This document shows positions 8,132 to 18,000 of a stretch of 40,375 nucleotides of DNA, piece by piece. A program made the translations under genes and the position numbers. Each line of letters opens with the position of its first letter. The stretch's first letter is position 1. A model generated the notes under the pieces. The model did not search any database. It had not been told where the DNA came from and saw only the letters and a program-made list of their open reading frames with translations. Source of the DNA: a virus (Duplodnaviria > Caudoviricetes); IMG/VR virus record IMGVR_UViG_3300033076_001546, positions 1 to 40,375 of that record; one strand, written 5' to 3'.

Positions 8132-11100
8132 AAGAGTCCTTTCCGTTTGCTTCAATACTCAATGTGTCTTCAACAATGTCCTTAATTGCATCAACGTGTG
8201 AGATAATAAGAATTGTTTTAAAGTATTTCTTAAATCCTTCTAATAATCTTACGCAAGCTTCTATGTTTGTATCATCTAAAGCTCCAAAACCTTCATCGAT
8301 AATAAAAATATTTGACTTAGGCAAGTTACTAATGTTAATTAAGCCTACCCTGATTGCTAAAGATGATATCATTTTTTCCATGCCTGAACCGCATTCGACT
8401 ATTCTTCTATTGTCTCCACCGTAATTAATATACACCTCGAGGTCATCATCTAAAATTTCAATGTCAAGTGTAAAATCAGAAACACCATGAAGAATATCTT
8501 TAACTTCCTTGTTTAACGAAGGAAGCATTTCCTTTATCAACATAGAAGGTATACCTTTTTTCGAGAGGCATCCGATAAAAGACTCATACAATTTCCAGTC
8601 TTCAATCATCTTTTGATACTTTTCTTCTTCTTCGATGTAGTTTTGTATCATTTTGTCAAGATATGAGTTTCTTCCTTTAAGAGAAATCAAACCTACATTT
8701 CTTTTTTCTTTTTCTTTGCTTACATCATTTAATGATTTTTTTAACTCATTAATGATTTCTTCGTCATCTTCATTGGTTGATGACTTAAGTTGCTTAAGTT
8801 TCTGATTTTGTCTTAATAGTTTATCATTGCACTCATCGATCTTATTTTGTGACATACTGATCTTCTGTTGAAGATTTTCTATCTTTAGACGATTTTCTTT
8901 GTCTTTCATTGAAAATTCTTCATATTTTTTGATTTTTTCATCAAATTGTTCTTTTTCTAACTCTTGACATGTCTTGTATAGATCTTTACTGCTTTCTTCT
9001 AATTTTGCATAGTTTTCTTCACTTTGCTTTAAATTATTAAAATCTTCATGTGCGTTCTTAATAAATCTACAAGTAGGAAAACTGTCTCCGCAAGGCACAC
9101 TGCTTAACAACTGTGCGGCTTCTTTCTTCTTTTTGAGATCTTTTTTAGTATTTTCCAATTGGTTCAAAATAATTGTCAATTGTGACTTGAGGTTCAAAAA
9201 TCGCTCTTTTTCCTTTTTGAGCTCTGCTAGATTGAATTGTTCTTCAATGTTCTTAAATTTTTCAATTTTTCTAGAAAGTTCAGAAATTTCATTTTTGCTC
9301 TTCTCGATCTCATTTTTTTCTCTACTTGTTGTATATTCTAAGGTTTCGATCTCTTTTTCTACTTCGTGTAGTTCTTTGAGCTCGAGGTTCTTATTTTTCA
9401 TTTTTTCTAAATTTAGTCTAATTTCAATTTCTTGTGCACTTAAATCATTAATTTTCTCTTCAAGGCTTTTTATTGAAATTTCATTGTCAAGTATCTCATT
9501 TTGTGCTTCTTGTTTCAAAGAAAGCCAATTTTTCTCTTGACTTTGCTTTAATCTTACTTTTATCTCATTTGCACTTTCTTTTGCAATTTTGCTTAATTCT
9601 TCAAAAATATCAAGGTTCATGAACTTTGAGAGATAATGTTTTCTAGAACCTGATTTTTCATTGATGAATGAATTAATATTGCCCTGTGAAGCAAAAGATG
9701 TCATTAAGAACTCATCTGATGTCCCGATTAACTCTCGTAGCACTTTTTCTGTTTCTCGTCTTTGCTCGTCACTTTCATTGACAATTGTTCCGTCTTCTGC
9801 AATTCTTTTTAAAGAAAGATCGGTAGGTGAATAAAATTCATTAATTTTCTTTTTAATAGGAATTTTCTTTGTAGATCTCTCGATTTGATATTTTTGATTA
9901 TTTACATCAATAATCGTCTTTGTTTCACAATTATCTTTTCTTGTATTGATAATGTGAATATTTTTCATGCTTCCTCTATCTGTTCCATTAAATAGATTAT
10001 ACATCAATGTTCCTGGAATAGATGACTTTCCTGCTGCGTTTTTACCAAAAATACCAATAATTCCATTTAGATTGTCAAAATTGATAAAATTGTCTTCGCC
10101 ATAACTAAAAGTATTACTGAACTCAAGTGATTTAATTGACCAATTGGTGGGCTTTCTGTTTTGATCTTCAGGTAAATTATCCAAAGTTTTTTCAAAAAGC
10201 TTGCTAATCTTAGACAATTGATCTTCTGAAACATTATTGCCAAAATAATTTTGCAGCATTAACTTTCTTGCATCTTCATTCCAAATATTGAAATTTTTTC
10301 TTTTTTCTTCGATTAATTGAATACTCTGATCAATTCCATCATTTTTAAAAATAATTTCTTTTGCAGATTTTTTTTCTTTCAAAAATGAAGTAATAAGTTT
10401 AATTTCACCTTGATTTAAAGCAGACTCGGATTTAATTCTAAATCTTGCTCCGGAAGGATATTGATCCAATTCTTTGATTGTTTCATCTGTATTTCCTTTC
10501 CATTCACATGTGATATAGATATGAGGATTATCTAATTTAACAAATTCTGAATTATATTTCCATTTATTTTCAATGTCCCAGACTAGAAAACCTTTTTCTG
10601 TTTCTTCGCCGTAATTTTGTTGAATAGTAGATCCTGGATATGCAATTCTTTTTTCCATGTCTAAATATTGTTTCTTGTGAATGTCTCCTAAGAAACCAAA
10701 ATCAAAGTCTTTAAAGAAATCGAGATTTACTTCACCACCTAATTCCCAATCAGAGTCTGTTAAACTACCTAACACTGAACCGTGAAATGTTGCAATATTG
10801 ATTTCACCATCTACTGGTTTAACATCTTTCCAACCTTCTTCATCAAAGCAACTAAAAACGCACCAGTTAAATCCTTTAATTCCTGTAGGATAAGTTCCAC
10901 TCTTTTTATATAGAAAAAGCCTAGGATTGTTTAAAGCTTCAACAATAGGAGTAATTGCATCAAGTCTGTTTTGATTTAAAATTAAACCATCATGATTTCC
11001 TAGGATGACATGTGTTGGAGCTAAATTAGCTAGATTAGTAAACCACCAATTAAGAATATTGATTAACTCAGGTGATATCCCCTGTGTCTTAGAATGAACA

Positions 11101-11240
11101 ATGTCACCACCTACAAAGATTAAATCAGGTTTAATTTCTCTAACTTTATCAAAGAATGAATTAAAAACTAAACGATATTCATCATGTCTTTTTAGACCCC
11201 TAAAATGAATATCAGAAATATGGACACACTTAAAACTCAT
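8115..11240 (-). CDS. sbcD-sbcC: Fused Mre11/SbcD nuclease - Rad50/SbcC ABC-ATPase (T4 gp47-gp46 equivalent in one chain, 1041 aa)
   Basis: N-terminal metallophosphoesterase motifs SDIH, GGD, GNHD, FHG, GDIH and YPGS. Then Walker A GKNAAGKSS, Q-loop FASQG, a long coiled coil with a central Cys pair, signature-like GSGMEK, Walker B/D-loop FIIDEGFGALD and H-loop IISH. One uninterrupted ORF. Confidence 0.93.
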   Translation of the reverse strand: MSFKCVHISDIHFRGLKRHDEYRLVFNSFFDKVREIKPDLIFVGGDIVHSKTQGISPELINILNWWFTNLANLAPTHVILGNHDGLILNQNRLDAITPIVEALNNPRLFLYKKSGTYPTGIKGFNWCVFSCFDEEGWKDVKPVDGEINIATFHGSVLGSLTDSDWELGGEVNLDFFKDFDFGFLGDIHKKQYLDMEKRIAYPGSTIQQNYGEETEKGFLVWDIENKWKYNSEFVKLDNPHIYITCEWKGNTDETIKELDQYPSGARFRIKSESALNQGEIKLITSFLKEKKSAKEIIFKNDGIDQSIQLIEEKRKNFNIWNEDARKLMLQNYFGNNVSEDQLSKISKLFEKTLDNLPEDQNRKPTNWSIKSLEFSNTFSYGEDNFINFDNLNGIIGIFGKNAAGKSSIPGTLMYNLFNGTDRGSMKNIHIINTRKDNCETKTIIDVNNQKYQIERSTKKIPIKKKINEFYSPTDLSLKRIAEDGTIVNESDEQRRETEKVLRELIGTSDEFLMTSFASQGNINSFINEKSGSRKHYLSKFMNLDIFEELSKIAKESANEIKVRLKQSQEKNWLSLKQEAQNEILDNEISIKSLEEKINDLSAQEIEIRLNLEKMKNKNLELKELHEVEKEIETLEYTTSREKNEIEKSKNEISELSRKIEKFKNIEEQFNLAELKKEKERFLNLKSQLTIILNQLENTKKDLKKKKEAAQLLSSVPCGDSFPTCRFIKNAHEDFNNLKQSEENYAKLEESSKDLYKTCQELEKEQFDEKIKKYEEFSMKDKENRLKIENLQQKISMSQNKIDECNDKLLRQNQKLKQLKSSTNEDDEEIINELKKSLNDVSKEKEKRNVGLISLKGRNSYLDKMIQNYIEEEEKYQKMIEDWKLYESFIGCLSKKGIPSMLIKEMLPSLNKEVKDILHGVSDFTLDIEILDDDLEVYINYGGDNRRIVECGSGMEKMISSLAIRVGLINISNLPKSNIFIIDEGFGALDDTNIEACVRLLEGFKKYFKTILIISHVDAIKDIVEDTLSIEANGKDSYVRFE

Positions 11241-11264
11241 AAAACAATTCCTTAGGGATTAAAT

Positions 11265-12263
11265 CTAGATCAAAGATATTTTATTTAATAGTAATGAACT
11301 TGTGTCAAGTTTACAACTGTTTTGATATAAATTGTCAAACATTTCATGAGACATATCACCTACATCTTTCTCTGATGTTGTGTCCATTAAACTTACTTCA
11401 ATATTATATTTCATAAGATCATCTGCAATTTTTAAGGTTTTGCTAATTGCATCTTTGTCCAAAGCAAGAATAACAGGAGTTCCATTTTTGACAATTTTTT
11501 TGAAAAGTGCACTATCTTTTGGCAAAGAACTTCCTAAAAGACATGTTGCATTATCATTTGTTTTCAAAAGATCAAGAGGTCCTTCAACAATCGTTAAAGG
11601 TTTTTTCCAATTGATGCTTAAATCATTAAAAATAATCTTAACACGACTAGCATTGCAATTAATGTATTTATACATGTCAGTTGTAGGTGCATCAATTCTT
11701 CTACACGTGTAAAAATTTATTATACCATTTTCATCAAAAGAAGGTATGATCAAAGATCTTCTAAAATTAGGATGATTACTTACGCCTAATCTCAATAACC
11801 ACATTTTATGATCATCACAGCCTCTATTAATTGCATAATTACAAACATCTCTAATGTCTGGATCAATAGAATTTAAATTAAGTGCACAAAACATAAACCC
11901 TTCAGGTATTTCTACTTTTTCAACTTCTTCTTGTTTTTCTTCATTGTCATCAAGTTGGTTTAAAATGTCCAGCCATTCATCTTTGATTTGATTTGAGCTA
12001 TCTAGAAAGTAATTTTTAGACTCTGAATAATATTTTTCACTTAATTTTTTAACAAGATAAGGAATACTTCTGCCTTTTGTGTCACAAACAAAACAATGAT
12101 ATAAATTTTTATCAACATTGACAATCATTTTAAGTTTGTTTTTATTACTATTTTCACAATAAGGACACCAAATTGCAATTTCAGGACAATCTTTTGAATT
12201 TTTATAGTTTAAAACGATTTTTTTTATAAAGTTTAATTTTTCACTTGTCGTTTTTGTATTCAT
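11265..12263 (-). CDS. dnaG: DnaG-type phage DNA primase (Zn ribbon + TOPRIM, 332 aa)
   Basis: N-terminal CPYC...HCFVC, then YAINRG, LIIP...G.INFYTCR, and TOPRIM motifs IVEGPLD, LALDKDA and KDVGDM. Confidence 0.88.
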   Translation of the reverse strand: MNTKTTSEKLNFIKKIVLNYKNSKDCPEIAIWCPYCENSNKNKLKMIVNVDKNLYHCFVCDTKGRSIPYLVKKLSEKYYSESKNYFLDSSNQIKDEWLDILNQLDDNEEKQEEVEKVEIPEGFMFCALNLNSIDPDIRDVCNYAINRGCDDHKMWLLRLGVSNHPNFRRSLIIPSFDENGIINFYTCRRIDAPTTDMYKYINCNASRVKIIFNDLSINWKKPLTIVEGPLDLLKTNDNATCLLGSSLPKDSALFKKIVKNGTPVILALDKDAISKTLKIADDLMKYNIEVSLMDTTSEKDVGDMSHEMFDNLYQNSCKLDTSSLLLNKISLI

Positions 12264-12801
12264 TTATTACAGCTGCCTTGCCAATGACATAAGCGTCTGC
12301 CATATCATAACAAGCTGGTTCGAATTTTACATCACCTTTGTTCTTGCCTCTGACAATATTCTTGACAGGCCATTCAATTTCACTTTCATTTGATTTTACC
12401 CAATTTAGTATTTGCTCCTTCGTATCTATTTCACTGGATTTATCTATCTTTATCCCCAGTGATTTGCGAGCAGATGAGACATTATAATATATAGGCTCAA
12501 CGTTGAATTCCTCATATGATATCTGGGATACAACTCCGTTAAACCTTGAAAGAATTGACAAAACCTGAGCTGATGAAAAACCTTTTCGAAAAGATTGAGC
12601 TGACTCTTCTATTGATATACATTTGATGTTAAAATTTTTATCTTTAATTTCTTTCATTTGAGATCTAACAAAATCAGCTTTTTTAAATAATGAGTCAATT
12701 TTTCTAAGATCTATGTAATTCAAATAAACACATTTTAAATTATCAAATACCGAAACACCAATAATGTTCGTTGATATATCCAAACCCATACAAATTGTCA
12801 T
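12241..12801 (-). CDS. ruvC: RuvC-like Holliday junction resolvase (RNase H fold, 186 aa)
   Basis: N-terminal MGLDISTNIIGVS, central ISIEE, SARKSLG...KEQI and C-terminal DMADAYVIG match the RuvC acidic catalytic arrangement. Overlaps the primase start by 23 nt. Confidence 0.85.
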   Translation of the reverse strand: MTICMGLDISTNIIGVSVFDNLKCVYLNYIDLRKIDSLFKKADFVRSQMKEIKDKNFNIKCISIEESAQSFRKGFSSAQVLSILSRFNGVVSQISYEEFNVEPIYYNVSSARKSLGIKIDKSSEIDTKEQILNWVKSNESEIEWPVKNIVRGKNKGDVKFEPACYDMADAYVIGKAAVINEYKNDK

Positions 12802-12805
12802 AATG

Positions 12806-15805
12806 TTAATAATCCATTTTTAATCTAACATTATATCGATCATTTTGCCTTTTTACAATAGGTTGTGCAAAATTCGCACGTGCAACAATATTAAGATTTT
12901 CATCGTGCAAATTAACACCAGTTATATAAACGAAACCTTCTTCATCTGTGTCATATAAACCACTTGAAGGACGAAGCTTTTTATATGTTTTATTAAGAGA
13001 ATAATTTAAATCACCTTTTTCTACTGGAATATTGACCTCAAAAGTATGCAAACTATGATCTCCTTTTAACTCACAACCAAAATTATTTTCACCAAAGGAA
13101 TAAAGCCCGGGATGATTAATAATTGCAAGACCATCATTATAAAAAACATGTCCTATATAATTCCATTTTGCATGAGGCGTAAGACAATCTGCTCTATATA
13201 AAAGTCCATTGTTGTCTTTTATCTTCATATTTAAAGACCCACCAGTACCAGAAATATCAACATCTATTAATCTAAAAGAATCCTTTCTTATCTTTCCTGA
13301 ATATAAATTATTAGATATATCAAATATTACAGAGTGAATTTCATTATCTTCGCCTTCAATTGTGTAATGAGAATTAAAATATTTAACATAACTCAAACTT
13401 TCCATTTGAAAACTATTAGAATTTGAAAAAGTATCTATCAAGTTATTTGAAAAATTTTTAATCATATAGGTTTCTGTCTCATAAGATTCATCATCAATAT
13501 TTTTAAAAATAGAATTAATTATAAATTTTTTGCCAGTGTTTCTTGACTCTTTCATTTTTAAAAATATTTGATTTTTCTGAGATAAATTTAATTGATCAAA
13601 ATTTAAATCATAGACATTTTTTTCTAAACTAGCAGGATTTAAATTATCAAAAAGAAAATTAGAAATATCATTACTGCTGATGTTCAATGAAGTATTTTTT
13701 TTAATTAGCAGACCTTCATTACTATAATCTTCCAATAAATAATTTTGAACAATCCTAGAATTTAAAAAATCCTTTGAATTTAAAAATGAAAAAGAAGAAT
13801 TTTCGAAAAAAAGTTTAGAAGAATTAATAGTGTGAATACAATTGTCGTACAAGAAATCAGAAGAATTTGAAATATAACTTTCTAAATTTAAATTACATAA
13901 TCCATTGTCGCAAGGAAGAATAAAATTGTTTCTATAAATTAAATTTCCTTTTAAAAATAAATCAGAACTAAAATTGTTGTCTGAAAATATTGCGCCTTCT
14001 TGAACATATTTGTTAAATATTTGATTGATTGTTCTGCCTTTTTTGTAAAAATCAATAAGAATATCTCCTTTGTTTACATAATTGTTTGAACTAAAAGTTG
14101 TGAATATGTCTTTATATTGAATTCCATTCATGCCAGAAATATATGGTCTTCTATTACTTATTGTATCTTTTACAAAATGTTCAACAGATATTTCGTGACC
14201 ATATACTTTATGTGCAAAAACAGGATTTACAAAAGATCTGTGCGATATATTGTTTATCTCGCCAAAAGTTATATAACCTTGTCTAGAAATAACGTCAGGT
14301 TGGTATATGCAAGGCAAGTAAAAACTAGTTTTTTCATTATATAAAATATCTAAAGATTTTCCTATTGCAAAATTCTTTAAATCAATATAATCGATTTCAT
14401 CATTGACAATTAATATATTATGAATTTCTGCATTTAATGCAAAACTTTCATCTAGGTCATTTGTAATATCTTCATTGTAATCATATATTTTTTGATTAAA
14501 AGGATTATTTTCAATCATAAATTGATTATAAGCGTTCTCGGTTTGCTGATTTTTTATAATTTGATTTGTTTCTAGTCCATGTTTTTTAAAAGTGTATTGA
14601 TTTAAAAAATACAATGCAGGATTGTTTTCATCAAACCAAGATTTTTTGAAGTTGATATGTTCTAGATTTATATCGTTTATTTTATTTCCTATTGTAAAAA
14701 TGTTCTGAATATTATTATCAAAAATAAATTCTTCATCTTTTGAAAGATTTTCATAATTGTCATCAATATAAATTCTTAAATTATTTGTATTGATTAATAT
14801 TGATATATTGTGCCAATTATTTAAACTTAAAGAAATAGATGAAGTATATGTATAATTTCCTATTATTCTAGGATAAGAAGAATAATTCTCTTCTTGCGTT
14901 TTTTGTGAATTTGCATCTTCAAGCAACTTTATTCTTATAAAGAATTTTGTAGGTTGATTTAAATCATTTCTACTGGATGTGTCTTCTATTAACCAAGCAG
15001 AAATAACATTAGGAATGTGAATAATACAACCAGGATTATAATAGTATCCTTCGTAAGAAGTTCTTCTAGGGTTAATCCAAAAATTAATAGACATTTTATT
15101 CATGTCAGGATATATATTTTTGTTATTAATTTTTTTGTTAGAATAGATTAATGCACAGTTATGAGAGTTTGTTAAAAAATCAATATTTGAAGTATTATCA
15201 AGAATATATTTTGAAGGATTAATATTGAAAAAATTAAGAGAATTATAATTAAAAAAACCATAATTGAAATATCTATTCAATAAATGATTTGAAGAATTAA
15301 CCTTATAAAGATCTTTAATTATCCTTTTTTTATTAAGTGTTTTACTAAATGGTTTAAGTTCTTGTTGAATTCTTTTAATTCCAAAGTATCTTGAATTTAT
15401 AAAATTTTCCTTAAATTCACTATTAAGACCAATCATGTTAGGTCTAGATATAGGATTAGCATCTACACAGTTTTGATTTAAATTTGACTTTAAAATATGA
15501 TTATATGCTTTTTTCTCATTTGGATGCCCTTTCTTTTGTGTTGTTCCTTCAATCTCTTTTACATTAGATTGATTAAAGCTTTGTTGAAAAGAATCAACTG
15601 AAATTAGTCCATAGTATGAATTTTTTAAAAAATTATTATTATTTTCATCAACTTCTATTTTTTCTAAATTTTGTTTTTTAATTAAATCATCTAGAGATAA
15701 CTTTCTATCTGTACATAAATCATTTTTAAAGACAAAAATTCTTGATGGAGATAATCTTAAAGTTTCTCTATTGAAGTTTAAATTACTTAAAGTAATAATT
15801 GACAT
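12806..15805 (-). CDS. Large virion/baseplate-associated protein with a LamG/concanavalin-A-like region and a C-terminal tail-collar-like half-domain (999 aa)
   Basis: LamG-like motifs MSINFWINP, NNWHNISILI, LRIYID and AEIHNILI. The last ~190 aa are paralogous to the 432-aa protein and end YITGVNLHDENLNIVARANFAQPIVK...RLKMDY. Confidence 0.7.
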   Translation of the reverse strand: MSIITLSNLNFNRETLRLSPSRIFVFKNDLCTDRKLSLDDLIKKQNLEKIEVDENNNNFLKNSYYGLISVDSFQQSFNQSNVKEIEGTTQKKGHPNEKKAYNHILKSNLNQNCVDANPISRPNMIGLNSEFKENFINSRYFGIKRIQQELKPFSKTLNKKRIIKDLYKVNSSNHLLNRYFNYGFFNYNSLNFFNINPSKYILDNTSNIDFLTNSHNCALIYSNKKINNKNIYPDMNKMSINFWINPRRTSYEGYYYNPGCIIHIPNVISAWLIEDTSSRNDLNQPTKFFIRIKLLEDANSQKTQEENYSSYPRIIGNYTYTSSISLSLNNWHNISILINTNNLRIYIDDNYENLSKDEEFIFDNNIQNIFTIGNKINDINLEHINFKKSWFDENNPALYFLNQYTFKKHGLETNQIIKNQQTENAYNQFMIENNPFNQKIYDYNEDITNDLDESFALNAEIHNILIVNDEIDYIDLKNFAIGKSLDILYNEKTSFYLPCIYQPDVISRQGYITFGEINNISHRSFVNPVFAHKVYGHEISVEHFVKDTISNRRPYISGMNGIQYKDIFTTFSSNNYVNKGDILIDFYKKGRTINQIFNKYVQEGAIFSDNNFSSDLFLKGNLIYRNNFILPCDNGLCNLNLESYISNSSDFLYDNCIHTINSSKLFFENSSFSFLNSKDFLNSRIVQNYLLEDYSNEGLLIKKNTSLNISSNDISNFLFDNLNPASLEKNVYDLNFDQLNLSQKNQIFLKMKESRNTGKKFIINSIFKNIDDESYETETYMIKNFSNNLIDTFSNSNSFQMESLSYVKYFNSHYTIEGEDNEIHSVIFDISNNLYSGKIRKDSFRLIDVDISGTGGSLNMKIKDNNGLLYRADCLTPHAKWNYIGHVFYNDGLAIINHPGLYSFGENNFGCELKGDHSLHTFEVNIPVEKGDLNYSLNKTYKKLRPSSGLYDTDEEGFVYITGVNLHDENLNIVARANFAQPIVKRQNDRYNVRLKMDY

Positions 15806-15855
15806 TATAATCTCTTTTAGTTAAATTATTATAATATCTATTGAAAATTAAAATT

Positions 15856-17154
15856 TTAATAGTCTAATCTTACCCTGATTGACAAATTGTGAGAAGGATT
15901 TTTTTCAATCGGTCGACTTAATTTTGCAACAGCCAATAACTCATTTGAAGCATTGTACAAACCAACAGTTGTAATATATGAAAAAGGTAAATCATCTTCT
16001 GAATCAACAACTTGAATCTTTCCTAAAGAGTCAGTGTATGTTGGATTTGTGCTATAATTAAAATCATCCGTTGAAGCATTGCAATAATAAATTGTGCTAT
16101 TAATAATTGTTTCATTTTGAAAAGCTAAAGCAGTCGTTGAAGTTACAGGAAATCTTGTAATACAAAAGTTTTTTATAATATCATCGATAGAAGCTAAAGT
16201 TAAAAAATCACTAAATTTATTTTGGACTGACGCATTTCTTACACCTATAGGTTTTTTACCTGCAGAATAAGTGATCGGATTACTAATAGTAATATCAGGA
16301 GGCAAATAACTTGAACTAGTAGTATCTGGAAAATCAATGACTCCTGTTACTGATTCTTGAAGATTAAAAATTTTAGCTGCATCTAAAACAATAATTCCTG
16401 CATCATAAAAAATTAAACCGCATGGATCAGTTGAATAATTGACACCTAAGTCTGTTGTTTTATATAAACTACCTACTTCTCCTGACGCACCTATCCTAAA
16501 ATTATTTTCACCGTCTTTGTCAATTATCATAACTGACGTTGTGTCTGTTGTAGGAACAAATAAATTACCTAATGAATTATTGCCTGTGCTAGTATGTGCT
16601 TTTAATTGATCAAACATTTTTATACCAAAGGAACCTTTGTAAATATTGTCTCTTTTAAAAAGTCTTTTAATATTAATAAAATATGCTTCTTTTATAATTT
16701 TATTTGCATCTGTACTTTCATACGGAGCAAAAAAAGAACTATCTGCATCTCCTAATAAATGCTGAGCATATTGTTTATAAATATTTATCTTTTCTCGCAT
16801 CATTAGACATTTAGTTATATCAAAATCTAGTTTATTGCCTGATGCGATAGTAGGATTTAAATTTTGTACCAACGTAGAAGATAAATTGCCTAATGCATTA
16901 TTTGTTATATTTGCATATACACCAAAAGTAATATCTAACATTGCATTTGAAGATTGATATGTGTGATTTTGATCAAATATTGTATTAAATAAAGAACTTG
17001 TAATAGCTGTTTGTGTTCCTGTCACAAAAGAAGGATAAGTTCTTCTATTGTTAGCAGAAGAAATGTCTGCTGCTATAATATCAATCAATTGATTTAATCT
17101 AGATTTTTCTATTTTTACGTCTGTATTTGTTAAAAGTTTAAATCGTGCTGCCAT
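15856..17154 (-). CDS. Putative baseplate/tail structural protein with a C-terminal tail-collar-like half-domain (432 aa)
   Basis: GLIFYDAG, FNYSTNPTY and YITTVGLYNASNELLAVAKLSRPIEK...RVRLDY. Thr/Ser-rich. GAAGG SD upstream. Confidence 0.7.
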   Translation of the reverse strand: MAARFKLLTNTDVKIEKSRLNQLIDIIAADISSANNRRTYPSFVTGTQTAITSSLFNTIFDQNHTYQSSNAMLDITFGVYANITNNALGNLSSTLVQNLNPTIASGNKLDFDITKCLMMREKINIYKQYAQHLLGDADSSFFAPYESTDANKIIKEAYFINIKRLFKRDNIYKGSFGIKMFDQLKAHTSTGNNSLGNLFVPTTDTTSVMIIDKDGENNFRIGASGEVGSLYKTTDLGVNYSTDPCGLIFYDAGIIVLDAAKIFNLQESVTGVIDFPDTTSSSYLPPDITISNPITYSAGKKPIGVRNASVQNKFSDFLTLASIDDIIKNFCITRFPVTSTTALAFQNETIINSTIYYCNASTDDFNYSTNPTYTDSLGKIQVVDSEDDLPFSYITTVGLYNASNELLAVAKLSRPIEKNPSHNLSIRVRLDY

Positions 17155-17164
17155 TTTTTCCTTC

Positions 17165-17941
17165 TTATTGTGTTACTGTAACCGGAATTATAATTCTAGA
17201 ACCTGAGCTTTTACCAATTATTTCAATTTGTGTCTTAATAACATATGATTCGCCTACAAGATTACCAAATTTTTGAAAAGTGGATAAATTTATCTTAGGA
17301 GAAGTCAATGAAACACCTATTTGTTTTTCAAATAATTGTCTACCTGTTAAAGCAAATCCTGATTCATATGTTGCATCTTCAGCCGTTGTTCCTTCAAATT
17401 CATATGTTGCGATATTGTTTTCATCTAAGTCTTTATATGAATTAATACTTTCTATACCATTCAAATAAGGTTTAAGAATTAAATCATTCATCTTAACATA
17501 AAAATATGTGTCTATTAAATTTGCATCAATAGAAGTTTGTGATGAACTAGGATCAAGCGTAGATAAAACTTTGATAGTTTTGAATTTTGAAGTTGTGTCT
17601 GATGCTGAAATTGTAATCGCAGTCGTATTTGTTTCTGCATATTTCTTAAGAAAAGGAACATATAGAATTCTAAGTTTGTTACTATTCAATGTGATATTAT
17701 TATGTTTTATTGCTAAGTTTTCGTTTGTTTGTGCTTCAAAAATCGGTGTATTTTTCTCAATTTTTTCTTTTCCAATCTGATTTCCATATTTTAAAATATT
17801 TGAGTAATCAACTTCATCATCTCCAAAAGAAAAATATACAACCTGAAAAGATCCATTATTTTGTGATAATAATTCTCTTCCTCTTTCGGTTAAAACAGCG
17901 TCAATAACAATATTATTCGTTGTATGATCTAAAAATCCCAT
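17165..17941 (-). CDS. Putative baseplate/tail structural protein with an N-terminal tail-collar-like half-domain (258 aa)
   Basis: N-terminus DAVLTERGRELL...YFSFGDDEVDY and an Ig-like ending IIIPVTVT. AAGGA SD upstream. Confidence 0.7.
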   Translation of the reverse strand: MGFLDHTTNNIVIDAVLTERGRELLSQNNGSFQVVYFSFGDDEVDYSNILKYGNQIGKEKIEKNTPIFEAQTNENLAIKHNNITLNSNKLRILYVPFLKKYAETNTTAITISASDTTSKFKTIKVLSTLDPSSSQTSIDANLIDTYFYVKMNDLILKPYLNGIESINSYKDLDENNIATYEFEGTTAEDATYESGFALTGRQLFEKQIGVSLTSPKINLSTFQKFGNLVGESYVIKTQIEIIGKSSGSRIIIPVTVTQ

Positions 17942-17970
17942 GTTTCTTTCCTTTAATTTGCTTTAAAATT

Positions 17971-17977
17971 TAATTAT
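17971..17977 (-). promoter_or_regulatory. Putative promoter element ATAATTA
   Basis: About 30 nt upstream of ATG 17941; same motif class as in other spacers. Confidence 0.3.
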
Positions 17978-18000
17978 TGTTATAATAATAATATCATAAT

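Noticed and set aside
8115-11240. Giant-virus (Nucleocytoviricota) origin of the contig, suggested by the Mre11-Rad50 fusion and AT richness
   Set aside because: T4-type terminase, portal and prohead protease, a DnaG-type primase, SD motifs and overlapping operonic genes indicate a tailed prokaryotic virus.
5842-12263. Inteins or introns in terL, primase or the MR fusion
   Set aside because: Motif spacing is normal; no intein splice-junction or LAGLIDADG blocks and no interrupted frames were seen.
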